Positions 36,751 through 50,846 of a stretch of 64,000 bases of DNA are shown here, in pieces. Each line of letters starts with the position of its first letter. Within the stretch, counting starts at the first letter, position 1. The stretch lies in NCBI GenBank assembly GCA_965153455.1, contig OZ234493.1, positions 25,968,213 through 26,032,212 of the forward strand, written 5' to 3'. Under the pieces are notes generated by a model. That model saw nothing but the letters and a program-made list of their open reading frames with translations. It was not told where the DNA came from and ran no database searches. The stretch comes from Sphagnum compactum. Lineage: Eukaryota. A program made the position numbers and the translations under genes.

Positions 36751-38439
36751 TGTAGTTTTAGTTGTACATACTAAGGATGTTTCATGCACGCCGCTTGTTC
36801 TGAATGACATCTTATCAGTTCATGTACACATGAAAAAAAACACCTTGAAATTAATTTCAATCTAATTTTCTTATCCTCTCAATCTAGCTTTAATAGTCAT
36901 TCCACAACTTTAAACTTTTACAAGTGGATGGAATGGTGTTTGTGGATACAATTATGTATGCATCCGAGAAGAATTTGAACCCAATCGTTGAAACCTACTA
37001 AGTTCTATGTGCATGTGTGTTTCTAAGCTTGTCCAACAAGGTCCTTGTTCTCCCATTTTCTTCAAGGAAAGAAACCATTTTTGGTCCCTCAAGCATAAAC
37101 AAGAGTCTTGGAGCTTGCATAACTGGAAGCAAATGTTTCAAATGCCTTGAAAATCACCATGTCGTCATCATATGCATTTTGGATAAGAACTCAAGACCTC
37201 GTAATCGTCCTACTTTTTCAAACTATCTAATAAGAAGAAGAAGAAAAAGAAGAAGAAGTGCTTTTTCAAACAAAACAAATAGGATAAGAAAACAAAGAAA
37301 AAGAGAATAGGCACCTATCTTTTGTGCAGAAACCGATGTTGCATAACAACAGGATGTCCAGAACAGTGGTAACTTGTAACCGGATTATGCAAAAGAGAAA
37401 AGAGAGAGAGGATTTGCTTGAAAAGAGAAGAGAATGATGTCGATATGGCACATAGTGTGGTGGAGGAAACAAGAAAGCCATAGCATGAAACTCTTCAAGA
37501 TGCTTTTAGAGCCCTTGTCACAACGGAAGAAGTTGTAGAGCCGGAAGTGAATTTCTCATAAAGAGGGAAAAAATCAAACAATGTAAATGCAAATGAATAT
37601 GGGAAAAAACAAATAAGCAAACGGTGTTGAAGTGAAACCCAACCATTCTTGCAACCCTTGCTCCTTCTTTCCTTCACAACTTTTGAAAACTTCAACAGAT
37701 TTGCGCCAACAACACACATACGCAATCATAGGAACTATACAGAGATACCTAACCAATTGTTTTCAACATCTTTTCATAAACAAAAATCATTGAATCTTAG
37801 TCCAAATGCATGCATCCACACTAGACTTGCACTACACAATATATGATTCAAATAGACCAACAACAAAAAAATTACCAAACGACACCATCCAACTACTTAC
37901 TAACATCATAAGTGTAAAACACTTACTATATTCATATGCAAATGTCATGCAACAACTAAACAATTTTTGTGAACTTTTCATAAGGACTTATGTAGTTGAT
38001 ATGACATTTGAACTCAACCCATAAATATTTTTTTTCAATGTGTCACAAATATGATCACATTTGCATCACAACATAAATAATAATACTATATCTCCATTCC
38101 CCAACTACTCACATTCAAACACATTATAAAAAATAAAATGGTAGATCGTCAGTGGTAATACCTAGCAATGCAAAGCCCAAGTTAATTTACTTTCATGTCC
38201 ATAAATCTCCATATCGAGGCATGACCTCCTTATACTTTACACTTTATTTACCTCAAATGACGTCAGCGAAGACAATGCCCGCCCACAGGACACGATGTGA
38301 CTTTGGTCCAGTGATTTTGCCAAAATGGCTATGATCCACATGAACGTTTAGCCAGATTTGACTACAACCTAAATAAATATGAAAAGTAACATTTAAAAAA
38401 CATCCTTCTTGTTTTGTGGCATAACTTGAACCACGCATA

Positions 38440-38970
38440 GAAAAATCTGGTGAGTTTTCCAAAATTTTGGTTGAATTCTGGGTGTTGAAAATCTCAAAAA
38501 GCACTTGTTTTTAAAAATACAGCTTTCTTGCTATTATATTTAGCCGGCAAATAAAACGGCTGCTCTGTTCTAAGCTGCTGCACAGACACTTGAAGCCATG
38601 TACAAAAAAAAATCTGGCGAGTTTTCCAAATTTTTGGTTAAATTTTTGGCTATTGAGAATCTCAAAAAACACTTGGTTTTAGCGCTTTTATTTTTTTGAA
38701 ATACAGCTTTCTGGCTATCATATATAGCCAGCGAAAAATATGACTGCTTTGTTCTACTCTGCTGCATAGACACTTGAAGCCAGCCATGTGTAGATAAAGT
38801 CTGGTGAATTTTCCAGATTTATTTTTGAATTTCTGGCTATTGGAAATCTTTGAAAAAAACACTTGATTTTAGCGATTTTATTTATTTATTAAACTGACGA
38901 CTATAGATATCCGGCAAAAGAAACGCCTGCTTTGTTCTCTGCTGCTGTTGCTGCACAGACACTTGAAGAG
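38440..38970. repeat. Three diverged tandem copies of a ~170-190 bp unit
   Basis: AAATCTGG[CT]GAGTTTTCCAAA-TTTTGGTT...CACTTG.TTT...GCT.TGTTCT...CTGC..AGACACTTGAAG recurs at ~38440, ~38610 and ~38797. Confidence 0.8.
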
Positions 38971-39504
38971 CTTCCAGGACACTGAAAAGATCATCGGATC
39001 GTGAAGGAGATTGTCGGTGCACAAGGAGGTTTGCTCATTTGCTCTTCTCGCGAAATGTCCTCTCCGCTCACTTGCGATCCTGAACCATCCGAACGATTTC
39101 TTGTGCATTCTGTTCTCGATTTTCAAGGGTTTGCATCTGCTTCTTCCTCCTTTCTCTTTCGTTCGGAAACAGTTCTTTCTTTGCTTATCTCTTTCCTTCC
39201 AACAATAACACTATTTTCCGTTCGAGTTATCACTTGTCCAGTGATCTATGCTTCTTCTTCTTCTTCATGGCAGCTTGTCACTGCCGTTCGTGATGAAGGT
39301 GATGGTCTGTCACTTTGTGAGCGACTCTCATGAGGTTATGACTGCACTCATTGTCGTGTTACATATAATTGTTGTTGTGGAGATTTCTCTGCAATCTCAT
39401 CAAGCTTCTTCTTCTTCTTCTTCTTCTATTGGAGGCTGGCTGAACATTTTGTGATTCATGCCGGTCTTTGCGATGCAGATAGAGAGAACAATAACAGCAT
39501 CATC

Positions 39505-42500
39505 ATGATTCTGGTGGGAGGCAAGCAGATTGCAGAGGTAGAAGCAATTTTTGTCCCATCTGTTACACCACATGCATGTAGCATGTAGTTTCTGTCCCTT
39601 AAGCAAGAATTGGTTTGCATTGCTCCTATGTCCTCTTTTCCTTTTTCTATTGGAAAAGAAGTGTCTCCTCCAAACAACGAAGTAGCAGAAAATCTCTGAT
39701 TTGCTGCAGCAGGTTACATACGGTGTTTTTTTTTTAATCACAAAGATGGAAAACAACTGCCTTTCTACTACAGATAGAGAAAGTGAGATAGAGATTCTTG
39801 GTTCAATCTTCTTTTTTCCTTTGGTTTTTGTGTGCAGGGACAAGATATCCTCCATGAGCTTCTGGAGCACCCAGTGTTAGTATCATCAGCAGCAGCATTT
39901 GTAGCACTACCCGGACAACATATACAGCCGCCTCCAGATGAGAATGGAGTATCTACGGATGGACACGAAAGAGAGCACAGGAAGTTTGTCTATGTGGGTC
40001 AAAGGGAATGTGCAACTGTAGATCCTGATGTTGTTGAGGTAAATGTGCATTCAGAGTGCATTTATTGAGGTTTTGTGATGATTTGAACTGTTTGTTCTCT
40101 TGTGTATTAGGTCTTCAATTGCAGCAAGTTTGTGTACATATGTGGAAACTGGAACACATAGCCACTTTCATATACTCGATACTGCTTCATGTCAGCTCTC
40201 CTTTTGATGAGTTCTGTAAGGAGGGATATGATGGCAGCAGCAGTACACCCGAAAGAGGTTCTTGTGGGAGCATGGAGGCTGGATGATTGAAACTTTGGAA
40301 CTGCTCATCATATGGATTAGGTCTGCACAGCATGTCAGTTGTTGATGGGTTTTTTTGTCTTGTTAAAAAAGGCACTGTTGGGGTGTGACTGGATACAGTT
40401 TATTGGGACAGATGATGCCACCACATGTATTGGAGTTGTCATTCGAAATCCCCAATCAGGCTTGTATGTCTCTTTTACCCTCTTCTCACTCTTGACAATA
40501 AGTTGTGTTGCTAATAAGTGTGAGATTGGCATTGGATTTATTGTGTCCATCTTCAGGAATGCAAGTATGTGAAATTTATCATCTGGGCTGTGCTTGGCAA
40601 CATCATGTCTGTGGTCACAGGCAGCCTTATGCCAGGGATGACTTTCTATAATGTGTGAACGCTAAAGATAATGTATGGTGGGGATCAAATGAATGAATGA
40701 GTGTACTGCTCAGGTACATCATGTCTTAGGTGCACAAAATTAATATATGATATCCTTGTTGAGCAAACAAATAGATGTGTGTGATAGCTGTCTGCCAATG
40801 GGCACAATTGGTCTGCCTGGATTTGAAAATTGGTTTGTCACTGGAAGATGTTTATTTTAGGACGGAAAGATGCTTCAAAAAAATTGATATTCCTAAGTTT
40901 ATTGTTTGACAGAACATGTGTTGGGCACTTGGATTTTGTGAATGGCGTGAAGCTGGGTATTAACCAAATGATTGGTTCAGTTTCCCCAACTAGCTCCTGT
41001 CTTCTTGAGGTTAGTTGCTCATCTGGTCCCTCTGGTTCTGGCACATGCTTCAGTGCTTGCTTGATTTTGTCTCTTCATGCACTAGCTCTGGATTTGTATG
41101 ATGACAGATATCAATTTGAAAGGGTTGCAAATGGAGAATCTGGATGCAGAATTGAAGCTTAAGTAATGGGTTGCCAGGCACACCTCGTTGGAGGATTTGA
41201 TGACCTTGTAGATAGAAAGAAGAAATTCTTGATGTTCGCATCATCAGGTATTACTGAACTATTTGTCATGAAAGATGATTTGTCCTCAAGGAACATTCAT
41301 GACCCTGAATCAGTAATGTGCTCTTGCAAAAGGGTGCTCATGGATTCTGGTCTTTTCCTGCCTTGTCTTGCATTTCAGAGTTGACTGTTGAAAGGTATTG
41401 AACTTGGACAGGGTGTGTGGGTCTTACAGGAAAGCGCAGACGTAGCAGTAAAGACCCAAAAAAGCCAGAAGGGTACTCACGGCCCCTTGCAAGGAGGATC
41501 CTTGAGGAATTGCAGTCCTCGTCTTGCAATTTCAATTTGCAGACTCTCTGCATTCTTCAACACAATACCACTGTTGGATTGAATGGCTTTGCGCATCCCA
41601 TTGCATGGGGTTTTGTGGTAGGCCTATCCAACCTCCTGAGTGAAAGTTCTTCACCAGCACATTTCTTGCCAAGATGTGGACAGAGAAGGCTGTAGGAATC
41701 TTGATCCTGGTGGCTATGGTCGTACGCTCCACAATAGGATACTGCAATAGGAACTGGAAGAGAGAATAGGATGCCACTTGAAAGGTAGATAAGAAGAGGA
41801 AAGTTCAAAGGTGGCAGGATAAGAATCAGGCATCATGGGTGTTGATGGGGCTGGGTATGGACCTTCAAATGCTCTGACAGGCCACTTGAGACTGCATAGT
41901 ATAATGATGGTCTGGGTCAGTGAAGGAAGGAGGTCTTGAATATCACAATAGACAAAAGTTCTTGTGGATTCATCTTGGTGATTGTAGGTAAGGACGTAAG
42001 TAGTCAGGTCTTGAAGAACTTGAAAATTCTGATCTCCCAACATTCTCCCTTACAGAATGCTTTATGCTTTCTGGATTTGGAAACGTGAAGCCTGTAAAAT
42101 GGAGGGTTACATGATGTGTGAAGGAGCCTAGTGTGGAGATCAAATAGATTGGTCAATACATGTTGCACACACCTGGGACATTACGATCATGTCATGCTGT
42201 CACTAATATTTTGCTGCATGCAGGTTGAAAGCAAAATTGGTCATCTTGCTCCAGCCACCTTTCATATTGATGCCAGGTGTCCGGATGGTGTTGTTCGTTC
42301 CTTGTGTCTTCTCACTATATCCACCAATCCCAATTATGGAGCTGAACTGATGACACCCTACAAGACATCTGAAGATTCTTTTGCAATTGGTCCTACAAGA
42401 TGGTGTGTGCATTGCCTTCAGCCCTGTCCAATTTATGAAGATGTGTTCAGAGGATTTGTTTCAGATGATAAGACTTCTTTTCATGTGCTCCAATTACTCC

Positions 42501-43309
42501 TTTGGTCTATGTTTTCAGCACATAAGATCATCACTGTTGTTGCCATATTTCCACTGCAATTGTCACCCTGACATTTCTATTTGCATACAGGAGTGACAAT
42601 CTTGTGCAGTTTGCTGAGTATGCACTGGAACAGGAAGATTCATGGTTCTTGGAGAAGACTTCCACATCCCCATATGCTGAAGGCCCTGATTTCTTAACCT
42701 CTTCTCGAAGGTCAGTTCATCTTCTGTCTATGCAGGCATTAAGTCTGTACTTGGTCCTCTAGGGGATTGCTATCACATGAATTGTGTTATCAGCTTGTCA
42801 AATGGGGAAATGATTTATTAATAAAATATTTTTGGGATTGTCCATAGTGGTTCAATTGATACAATGCATAAAAAACAATGGGTCTGCATACTGATCACAT
42901 GCAACCCTAGTTCTTGATTTGTAGTTAGATGCTAGTTATAACATGATGAATCCTGTCAAATATTTGACCAGCCCATAAAGGACTGAGATCCTTTTTAAAT
43001 GCAGAAAACAAAATCACATTGCCAGCTGGGTGAAGTTTACAGATATTGAACCTTGTGACAGCAATTTGTGAACAAGATCTTTCAGATGCATGCTGCTTCA
43101 TTTACAAAATCCACGGCATGAGCTTCATTGTAACAAAGGTTTGTGATGTCTGTATTTTCAGAATGTATGCATACTTATTGGAACATCCAAAATGGGAGCA
43201 AACATTTCCAGGTAACTCTCCAAGAGTTTTTACAAGATCCAACCTTGGGGGATGGGACCGCCAACTAATTCAAACCCAACTAGAGCAATGTATGCCACAA
43301 CGGAAGTAA
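39505..43309 (+). CDS. NTAN1: Protein N-terminal asparagine amidohydrolase (366 aa, 9 exons)
   Basis: Exons are 39505-39537, 39838-40038, 40399-40463, 40913-41009, 41178-41247, 41430-41617, 42224-42402, 42591-42710 and 43162-43309. All are GT-AG and phase-consistent. Motifs are YVGQRECATV, GTDDATTC, GHLD, HLVGGFDD and STSPYAE-like (TSTSPYAEGPDF). Confidence 0.93.
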
Positions 43310-43520
43310 GTCATATTGTGATCAGTAAAACAATTATGAGTTGGTTTGCTCTTGATGTTGAAACAATGAAGCATGTTAGCACATGAAGGATTTGCTTTGA
43401 ATATTTGCATGGGTTTGCCTCGACTGACATACTTGTCTGGGAAACTGAACCATACTATGGTTTTTCTCACCTTGACTTGGTGAAATTATGTTAGTAATCA
43501 TCTCTCTATTAAGGAAGGTG

Positions 43521-43800
43521 GTTTGTTTGTTTTGTTTGTCACATTGAGATCTCCCAAACCATGGTGCCCCCCCCCCCACCATGCTCTTGGCAGCCTTGGA
43601 AAGCCCTCAATGAGTGGGGGTGCACCAAGGTGGTTTGGTAGTTCGTAGACCTACCCAGCAAGACTTGTTGAATATGGAACAATTTTTTCAAAGAAAATTG
43701 AAAAAGATCAAAACTAAATCATAATTTTTAGACCTGAGGTGGTGGAGATTTTGGATTTTGAGCCATTTTCATCACTGGAAATGAACTCTAGGGAAAGTCA
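43521..43800 (+). repeat. Dispersed repeat, copy 1 (copy 2 at ~63263-63620)
   Basis: Shared blocks are GAGATCT[CT]CCAAACCATGGTGCC, GAAAGCC[CT]TC[AG]ATGAGT, GGGTGCACCAAG and GAACAATTTTTT. Confidence 0.75.
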
Positions 43801-44817
43801 TTCCTTTAAAAACAAATTTTACCAATAGTTTGAATTGTCCTACATAGGTATTTTCTTGAAAACGTGTCTTTTAAAAAGTGTGTTGTGTTGAATCTAATGT
43901 TCTGAATTCAAATACATAACTAATCCTGAAGTATGTTGCTAAAGAAAACTCCATAATAATGGTAAATATTTGGAAGCTTGGGAATCTTTTTAAAACTCAT
44001 GGGTTAAATAATATGCAAGTTATACTAATTGAAATTCAAGTGTGTAGTTTACATACCTGTGGCTAATGGAATCACAAGCCTAATATATATCTACTGAGTA
44101 ATTTTGCAAATCAGATTTAAAACGTGCATTTGTTTTCATCATCCCCATTGCATTTCTAGTTTTAATCCACTACAGGATGTATAAATCAATTAAATCTCAA
44201 GTATTTATCATTTCTTGTAAACATTATCAATTATGTGGATTATGGATTACAACTTAAAATCTCAATCCAAGATGGGATAATTCATTGCAATATGATTTTT
44301 AGAATGTAATAGATTAAAAACCAATTTCAAGTGTTAGAGATCCCAATATTAGAGAAAAGAAAAACATCTTTAAAATGCATAGGTATTGTACAAAACAGAA
44401 ATTTCAATAAATGGATGAATTATGTTGCAAAAAAAGATTCAAAGCCAAGTTACACATAAAGGTTCAAAAATCACACCACCTATTGTGAATCAAACACATG
44501 TCAATAGGCAAGATGAAATCATTCCATTAGATACAAAACAAATTATGATCATATATGGAAAGCTACCCATTATTATATGCTCTATGTACATATATCCAAG
44601 TATCATATCAAGGAAGCATTTTATATTAACATTTAAATGATAGGATGACCGATCTTTTGGCTATTCTAGTAAAAAACACATTATCTCAATGCTAATCTGA
44701 AAGTAAAATGGCAATTAGCTTCTAGGAGTGCTAAAAGGACTCCAAACTTTGTACTTTGACTTCGTAATTGTTTTTTATGATCAAATATTAAGGAAAGAAA
44801 GGTCCACACCACAAGGG

Positions 44818-45861
44818 TGTCACCAAAAAAAGGGGACTCACCTAAGTGTGCCTATGCTTTGACATTAGAGTAAAATTTCAGCATTAAATATTCGGTACAT
44901 CAACACTAGAAGATGAGAACACTCGTCTGACCAGACCTAGACACGATAACAACACTAGAACAAGACCTTTTTCTATAGACCTTCGATTGATCAACTCACT
45001 CTGGATCTCCTCTCTATGTCGATTATTGGGACCTATTGGTTGTGGGCAATCCAACAAAGAAGATCCATGTAAAGCCAATTCCCAAACCTTGTAGAAACCA
45101 GATATTACAAACAAACGAATTCAGCTATTGTTACCTTTAACTCCCTCAATAATTTCCCATTGCAACTAAATCTACTCATGCCTCTTAGACACAAATGTGT
45201 TAGATTCTCCACAAATCCGAATAGAAGTCCCAAATACACTAGACTAGAGCAATATGCCACACAACATGCCAACCCACTAACCCCCTTGAGCCTTTCATCA
45301 TCTCTGTTTTAGGTTTCTATTGACTCACTAACATACAATGTTCTACCCATTACCCTCAGCGCAACAGAGTTTATGTAGCTAAAAGGCAAAACATCCACAT
45401 GATCGAGCTCATGCATTCTTCCCAAAACTCACAACAATAAAACCAAAAACATTAAACCAAAGAAAAAAGGTCTAAATCCAAGAGTGATTAGCTTTCTTCA
45501 CCTTCTGTTATTTATCCTTGTCCACCACCAAACGCATTGCCAATCTCTTTGCCTCATCCTCATCTTCACAATAAAAGAAATCTTGGAAATAGAACTCCAT
45601 TGTTAATTTTTGATCTGGGTGTTGGCATTCCATGAAGAACACAAACCAAAAGTCATAAGCTACAAACAACAAAAACACAAGAAAAATAACAAAACATAAA
45701 GAAGTAGAAGGCACCTCCTCTAACATCCATGATACCAATTGTCTCCTCTTTTGGCACTTTTCGCTAATCACATTCGATGTGATAAATCATTCATTAGTTT
45801 AGGGTTTTGTCAAATCAAGGTTAAATCACAAATGAATTTGCTAACACAAGTCCAACTCACA
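44818..45861 (-). repeat. 3' LTR of the Ty3/gypsy element
   Basis: It aligns along its length with 50847-51889. Differences are mostly transitions, roughly 1 in 8-10 bases by eye. Confidence 0.9.
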
Positions 45862-48800
45862 TGTGTCACCACTACCTTCTTAAAAATCTATGTCCTCATA
45901 GATTGGTTCATCAAGATCCTGAGTGGTAAATTTGCAAATCTCTTTTTGCCCTCTCCCAACATTTCCCATCCATGGTCCTATTCATTTTCTTCTTGCTTCC
46001 ATACCCTTTGGGTCTTAGTTTGATCAACCAAAGCTTGTGCCTCATATATTAGATCCCAACAGTTTAGTTGAAGATCCACCTTTCCTTTGTCAATCTCTTG
46101 TTTCCCTTGTCCTTCATTCTGGCAAAAAACTAGTTTTTTTTTTGTTTTATGTGACTTCCTCACTGCAATTTCCCACATTTACTTCCATAACAATGAACAG
46201 ATTAATGACAATTTCAGCTTTCTTGGCAACATGTGATTTGGGAATTTCCTGACTGGTGCCACTCAAGTCTTAAATTTCACTGCCAAAATCTTCATTAGCC
46301 TCATACCTTCCCACTAAATTTTTGTTCAACACATCCACATTGGAGTGCTTAGCACCAACACGATGGACAATTTTAAAATGAAAGTTTTGAAACATTGAGA
46401 TTGACCTCCCCTTCATCCGTATGCATCTGAAACTATAGTAAACCACTTTAAGCGTTTGTGGTCTATTCTTAATAGAAAAAACGTTTGATGGAGATACTGT
46501 CAGAAATGCATCATGCCTTAGACAAGGGCGTAACATTCTCCTTCCATAGGATGAAACTGCTTCTGTATGGGGGACAATCCTTTGCTGGCATAGGTTATCA
46601 CCTATTCCTATTTTTCCAATTTTTGTGATAGATTGGTCCCTACACCTTTGTCCACATCCAAAATGAAAGGTTGTGAAAAATTAGGTTTAGTCAAAACAAG
46701 AGATTCCATGAGCCCTTTTTTTAGAGTCACAAAAGCACCTTAATAAATGGGTGTCCACACAAACTTACAATCCTCTTTAGTCAAGTTGAATAGCGGCTTT
46801 GCAATCTTGGCATACATAGGGTTGAATCTTCTATAATACCTTGTGAGTCTTAGAAATGCCTTCACATTTGAAACAGATTTGGGAATTGGAAAACCTTCCA
46901 CAACAACTTTTTTAGGGTCAAGATATGAACCTTTTGCACTCACAACATGATCTAAAAAGGTAATGCTATGAGCACCAAAACAACATTTGCTAGGGTTTAA
47001 TTTTAAATGGACATCTCGGAGTCTTTGTAACACCAACCTGATATGCTACATGTGATCCTTTTAGTTCAAATTGTGTATGTTGACATCATCAAAAAAAACC
47101 TTGAGGAACTTATTGTTCCAATCCTTGAATACCTTAGCCATTGTCTTTAAAAAAATGTTGGTGGCGTTCTTCAATCCGAATGGCATAACATTCCATTCAT
47201 AAAGACTTAATTTAATGATGATTTTAGTTTTCTTCATGTCTTCAGGTGCCATCGGAATTTCCCAAACCCAAATTGGAAATCCAAGGCGGTAAACCATGCG
47301 GATTCTCCTAATTGATCCAAAACATCATCAATTAGCGACATGGGAAATGAATCCCATCTAATATGTGCATTAAGTGGCTTGTAATTGCCATTGAACCTCC
47401 TACTGCCATCTTTCTTAACTAGTAATGCCACTTTGCATGTGTATTTTGATGAGTTCTTGCGCATCTTACCCAGCTCCATTAGTGATTGTATTTGCCTATT
47501 TATTTCAATCTCCTCCCAATATGACAGTTTTCCAAGGGTCGTTTGACAAGGAGGAAGCCCCTATTTGTCAATTACATGTTCACCAATGGTGCAGTGACCT
47601 AATTCACCTTTGTGCCATGCAAAGATTTCTTGGAATTCTTCCAATATATCCCATTCCCTAGTTTGTTATTCTTTCAAAGAACTACCCGGTTTAATCTTAG
47701 ACTTGATTTCAATCCCCCTGTTAGCTGGATATTTAAATGTGCTTCCTTCTTGCATCATTACAGGAAAATATGAAACATAGGATCCAAAGACTTGTTTGTA
47801 AATCTCTAGAACCTTTATTCTTCTTCTACTTGAATGTAAAGTATCTAATCCAAGTAATAATCATCAATTGCATATTATCTTTCAAACAAACTCTGTTGTC
47901 GTTCCTACAGTGCCAAATTGAATATTTGCATTAGCGTTTCCTCATCCAAAACCTAGTTCATCCTATGATCACTCAGCTCTTCAATTTGCTCAGCTTACAA
48001 TGGCAAAATCTTCTTGGGAATATCATCTGCATTGTCTTTCCAAGTTCTCTTACCACACTTGCAGCCATTATTGACATTGATGCACCGGTATTAACCAGGC
48101 TTTCAAGAAATGTTTGATTAATCTCAACAACAAGATGGAGAATTTTACTCCAGTTTTTTGTTTCGATGCAAACCCTTCTGATTGTAGTGGTCGGTATGAC
48201 AGCAGCTACCTAAAATTATGTTGTTTCAGCATTTTTTTTTCCTAACCAATTCAACAAGGCCCTCCAAATACTCCAATTCGCTAGTGACAATTAAGATGGT
48301 TTCCGTAGTTGTTAAAAAAAAATCCTTTAACAAAATGGGACAAGATTTTTGACCCCATGCTTCCATCAATTCCCTCATTTCCCACTTCTTTGCCTTTGTC
48401 TTCAAGTGCTTCTTCTACTCCCACACCATATGTGGATGCTTGTACGGGCAACCTTCTCTTAGGCATCTTAACCCTAGAAAAAATGTTGTAATTTGTTCCA
48501 CACATGGTTCAACTATACCATAATAGCCTTTTCATCATTTACCATTACTTCTAGAAAGTTTGCAGAAGTAGATGGACCTTTACCATTTAATTTCCAACAC
48601 TTGTCTTTTATGTGTTCCATGCCTGAGCAAAAAAAAAATTTCGATCTGCAATTTTCTGTCTTATGCCCCCCACCATATTTGGTGCATTTCGACCTTAAAT
48701 CAGTGAACTTAAGGCATGCAAAAGCGATATGTTCTTCTGACTTGTAGAGTTGACACTGGCTGGTGTTGTTCTTTCCCAAGGTAGGTACCACCTTGCCATC

Positions 48801-50846
48801 TATCCCTCTCCCAAAATAATTCATTAGGGTTTCATTTAGCACTTGTAAATGTTTGTTAGTGCTAATGCCAATTCTTCCTCCTTTTCTTCCTATAGAAGCT
48901 CATATGGAATCTCTCCTATTTCACCCAAGACTTTTTCCACCTCAATTACAACTACTAATAATTCATCCATGTCCTAGTACGCTTTTACTACCAGCAATTT
49001 CCTTAATTCTAACCTTAGTCTAGCCAAAAATTGCCTTTGCTTCTCCACGTTTAGAATTATGCCTTTAACAAAAAGCCTTTCCAACCTGTCGTAGTACAAT
49101 TGAACTTTCTACCCGAGTTTTTGATAGACTACATCCATTTTCATTATCAACTCATCCTCATCATATACACCATACTTTAGGTACAACAGAACCTACAAAG
49201 CCCTCTAATCTTTAGGTGGTGGGTCAAGTCAACAGTACCAATTTCGGGCCTTGCCTTTCAAGTTGAGCTTGACAATTTTGAAAAACTTGTCTTCATCTAG
49301 CTCCCCGACCTTTGCAACCATTTGAAGCCTTTTTGTCCAATCAAAAATGTCCTCCATGTCCTTGCCCCAAAAGAGTTCATCTATACCTTTTGGACTAGTC
49401 ATCTTATCTATTGACAGTTATCACCACACCCAATCAAATATTATAATCTTCTAATTCAACCTCATCTCCCCTTTCTTCAAACTCCACATATTGTAGTCTA
49501 TTGCTACCTACTGTTATGTTATAATTCATACCACTTCTACCAATGTATTTCCAAAATAGACGTCCATATACATCAGTGCAATAAAGCCAACAAACACATA
49601 TGAGAAACCTTACAAGAATAGGCAATTTTCAAAATGCACTCTCCTGCTTTGATCCTACTATCTAATTCTGGTTTGTAGAATTGTGCACAACAATTCCTTA
49701 TACCAATATCTATTGGAATCCAAATATCTCCAACCCTAGGTACTGCAATAATTTTCTCTCTAATTACATGTTGAACCTCAAGATGTTTCAAAAGGCCAAG
49801 GGCTTGTGAAAAAGAACCTGGTTTTTGAGGTTTGTAAGATGGACCACTGTTGCCCATTAAGGTCTGAACGGGTTTTCAACCAAAGAGCTGCTTTCATAAA
49901 GAAACTAGCATGTATAACCCCTATTGTAATATCATTGACTTTTGCAGTTGCTGGATCAAACCCTACAATTATGGTACTTGCAAATCCGATAACCCTTAAG
50001 ATTATTGTCCTTGTACTTAGTTCCATAGGAAACTCCACCTCATCTAAAGTTGAAACCTCAGATTGGATTCTTTACTCATGACTCATCATCAACATAGTCA
50101 GTTAATCTTGTTGGAGCATTTTATGAAAAGAAGTCGGTCTGTCTTCCTTCAACCATGGGACTAAGAATGTTAGAAACATGAATGGCATATGACTGTTCAT
50201 CTACACCTTCCAATTGCCATTTAAGTTTTTGATTTGATTTTGAACATAGTCTCCAACTTTTGAGTCTGGAAGTACCTCCTCTAGCATCCATTCTTAAAAT
50301 CATCTCCTACTTGGAGCAATTTCTCAATTCCTACTATGAAAAATCTGATAAAGTAATTGGGAGAAATATAGGCCTTGGGTATCCAGATATCCCCAACCTT
50401 AAGAACCTCACTTCTTTCCTCAAACCTTGAAACATCAATGCTAAGGAATGTAAGAAGTGAAGAAGAACTTGCATTAGAATTATGCAATGTTGACCCACTC
50501 TTCGGTTCCATCACGAATTTTGATCCATACCTGCACCTATGTGTCAAACCCTTTGTGATGTATTTTGACTGCCAAATTTCCAACCTTAGTTTCCCTTGGA
50601 TCAATCCCCACAATTCTCACCACACCAAAGCCATGCAAATGCAATATCAGAAATCCTACAAATGGATTTTGTTTTATGCATGGACTGTCAAACCTATGGA
50701 TAATCTGATGCTCAAACAATTCTTGGTAGTAAGATTTTGATCATGCCCACTATCATTAGACTTTGACATCTTATATACATCTCAAGAACTTAAATTAATC
50801 TTATATTAACTTCTCTATGTATGGTCCTATTCCGACCGACATGCTT

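Noticed and set aside
36950-37760. Additional gene or upstream mannosidase exons
   Set aside because: There are splice-like signals but no recognisable motifs, and stops occur in the frames examined.
9898-43309. Functional cluster of protein-repair and N-degron genes (MSRA, NTAN1)
   Set aside because: The genes are separated by ~28 kb of transposon debris, and nothing in the sequence indicates co-regulation.
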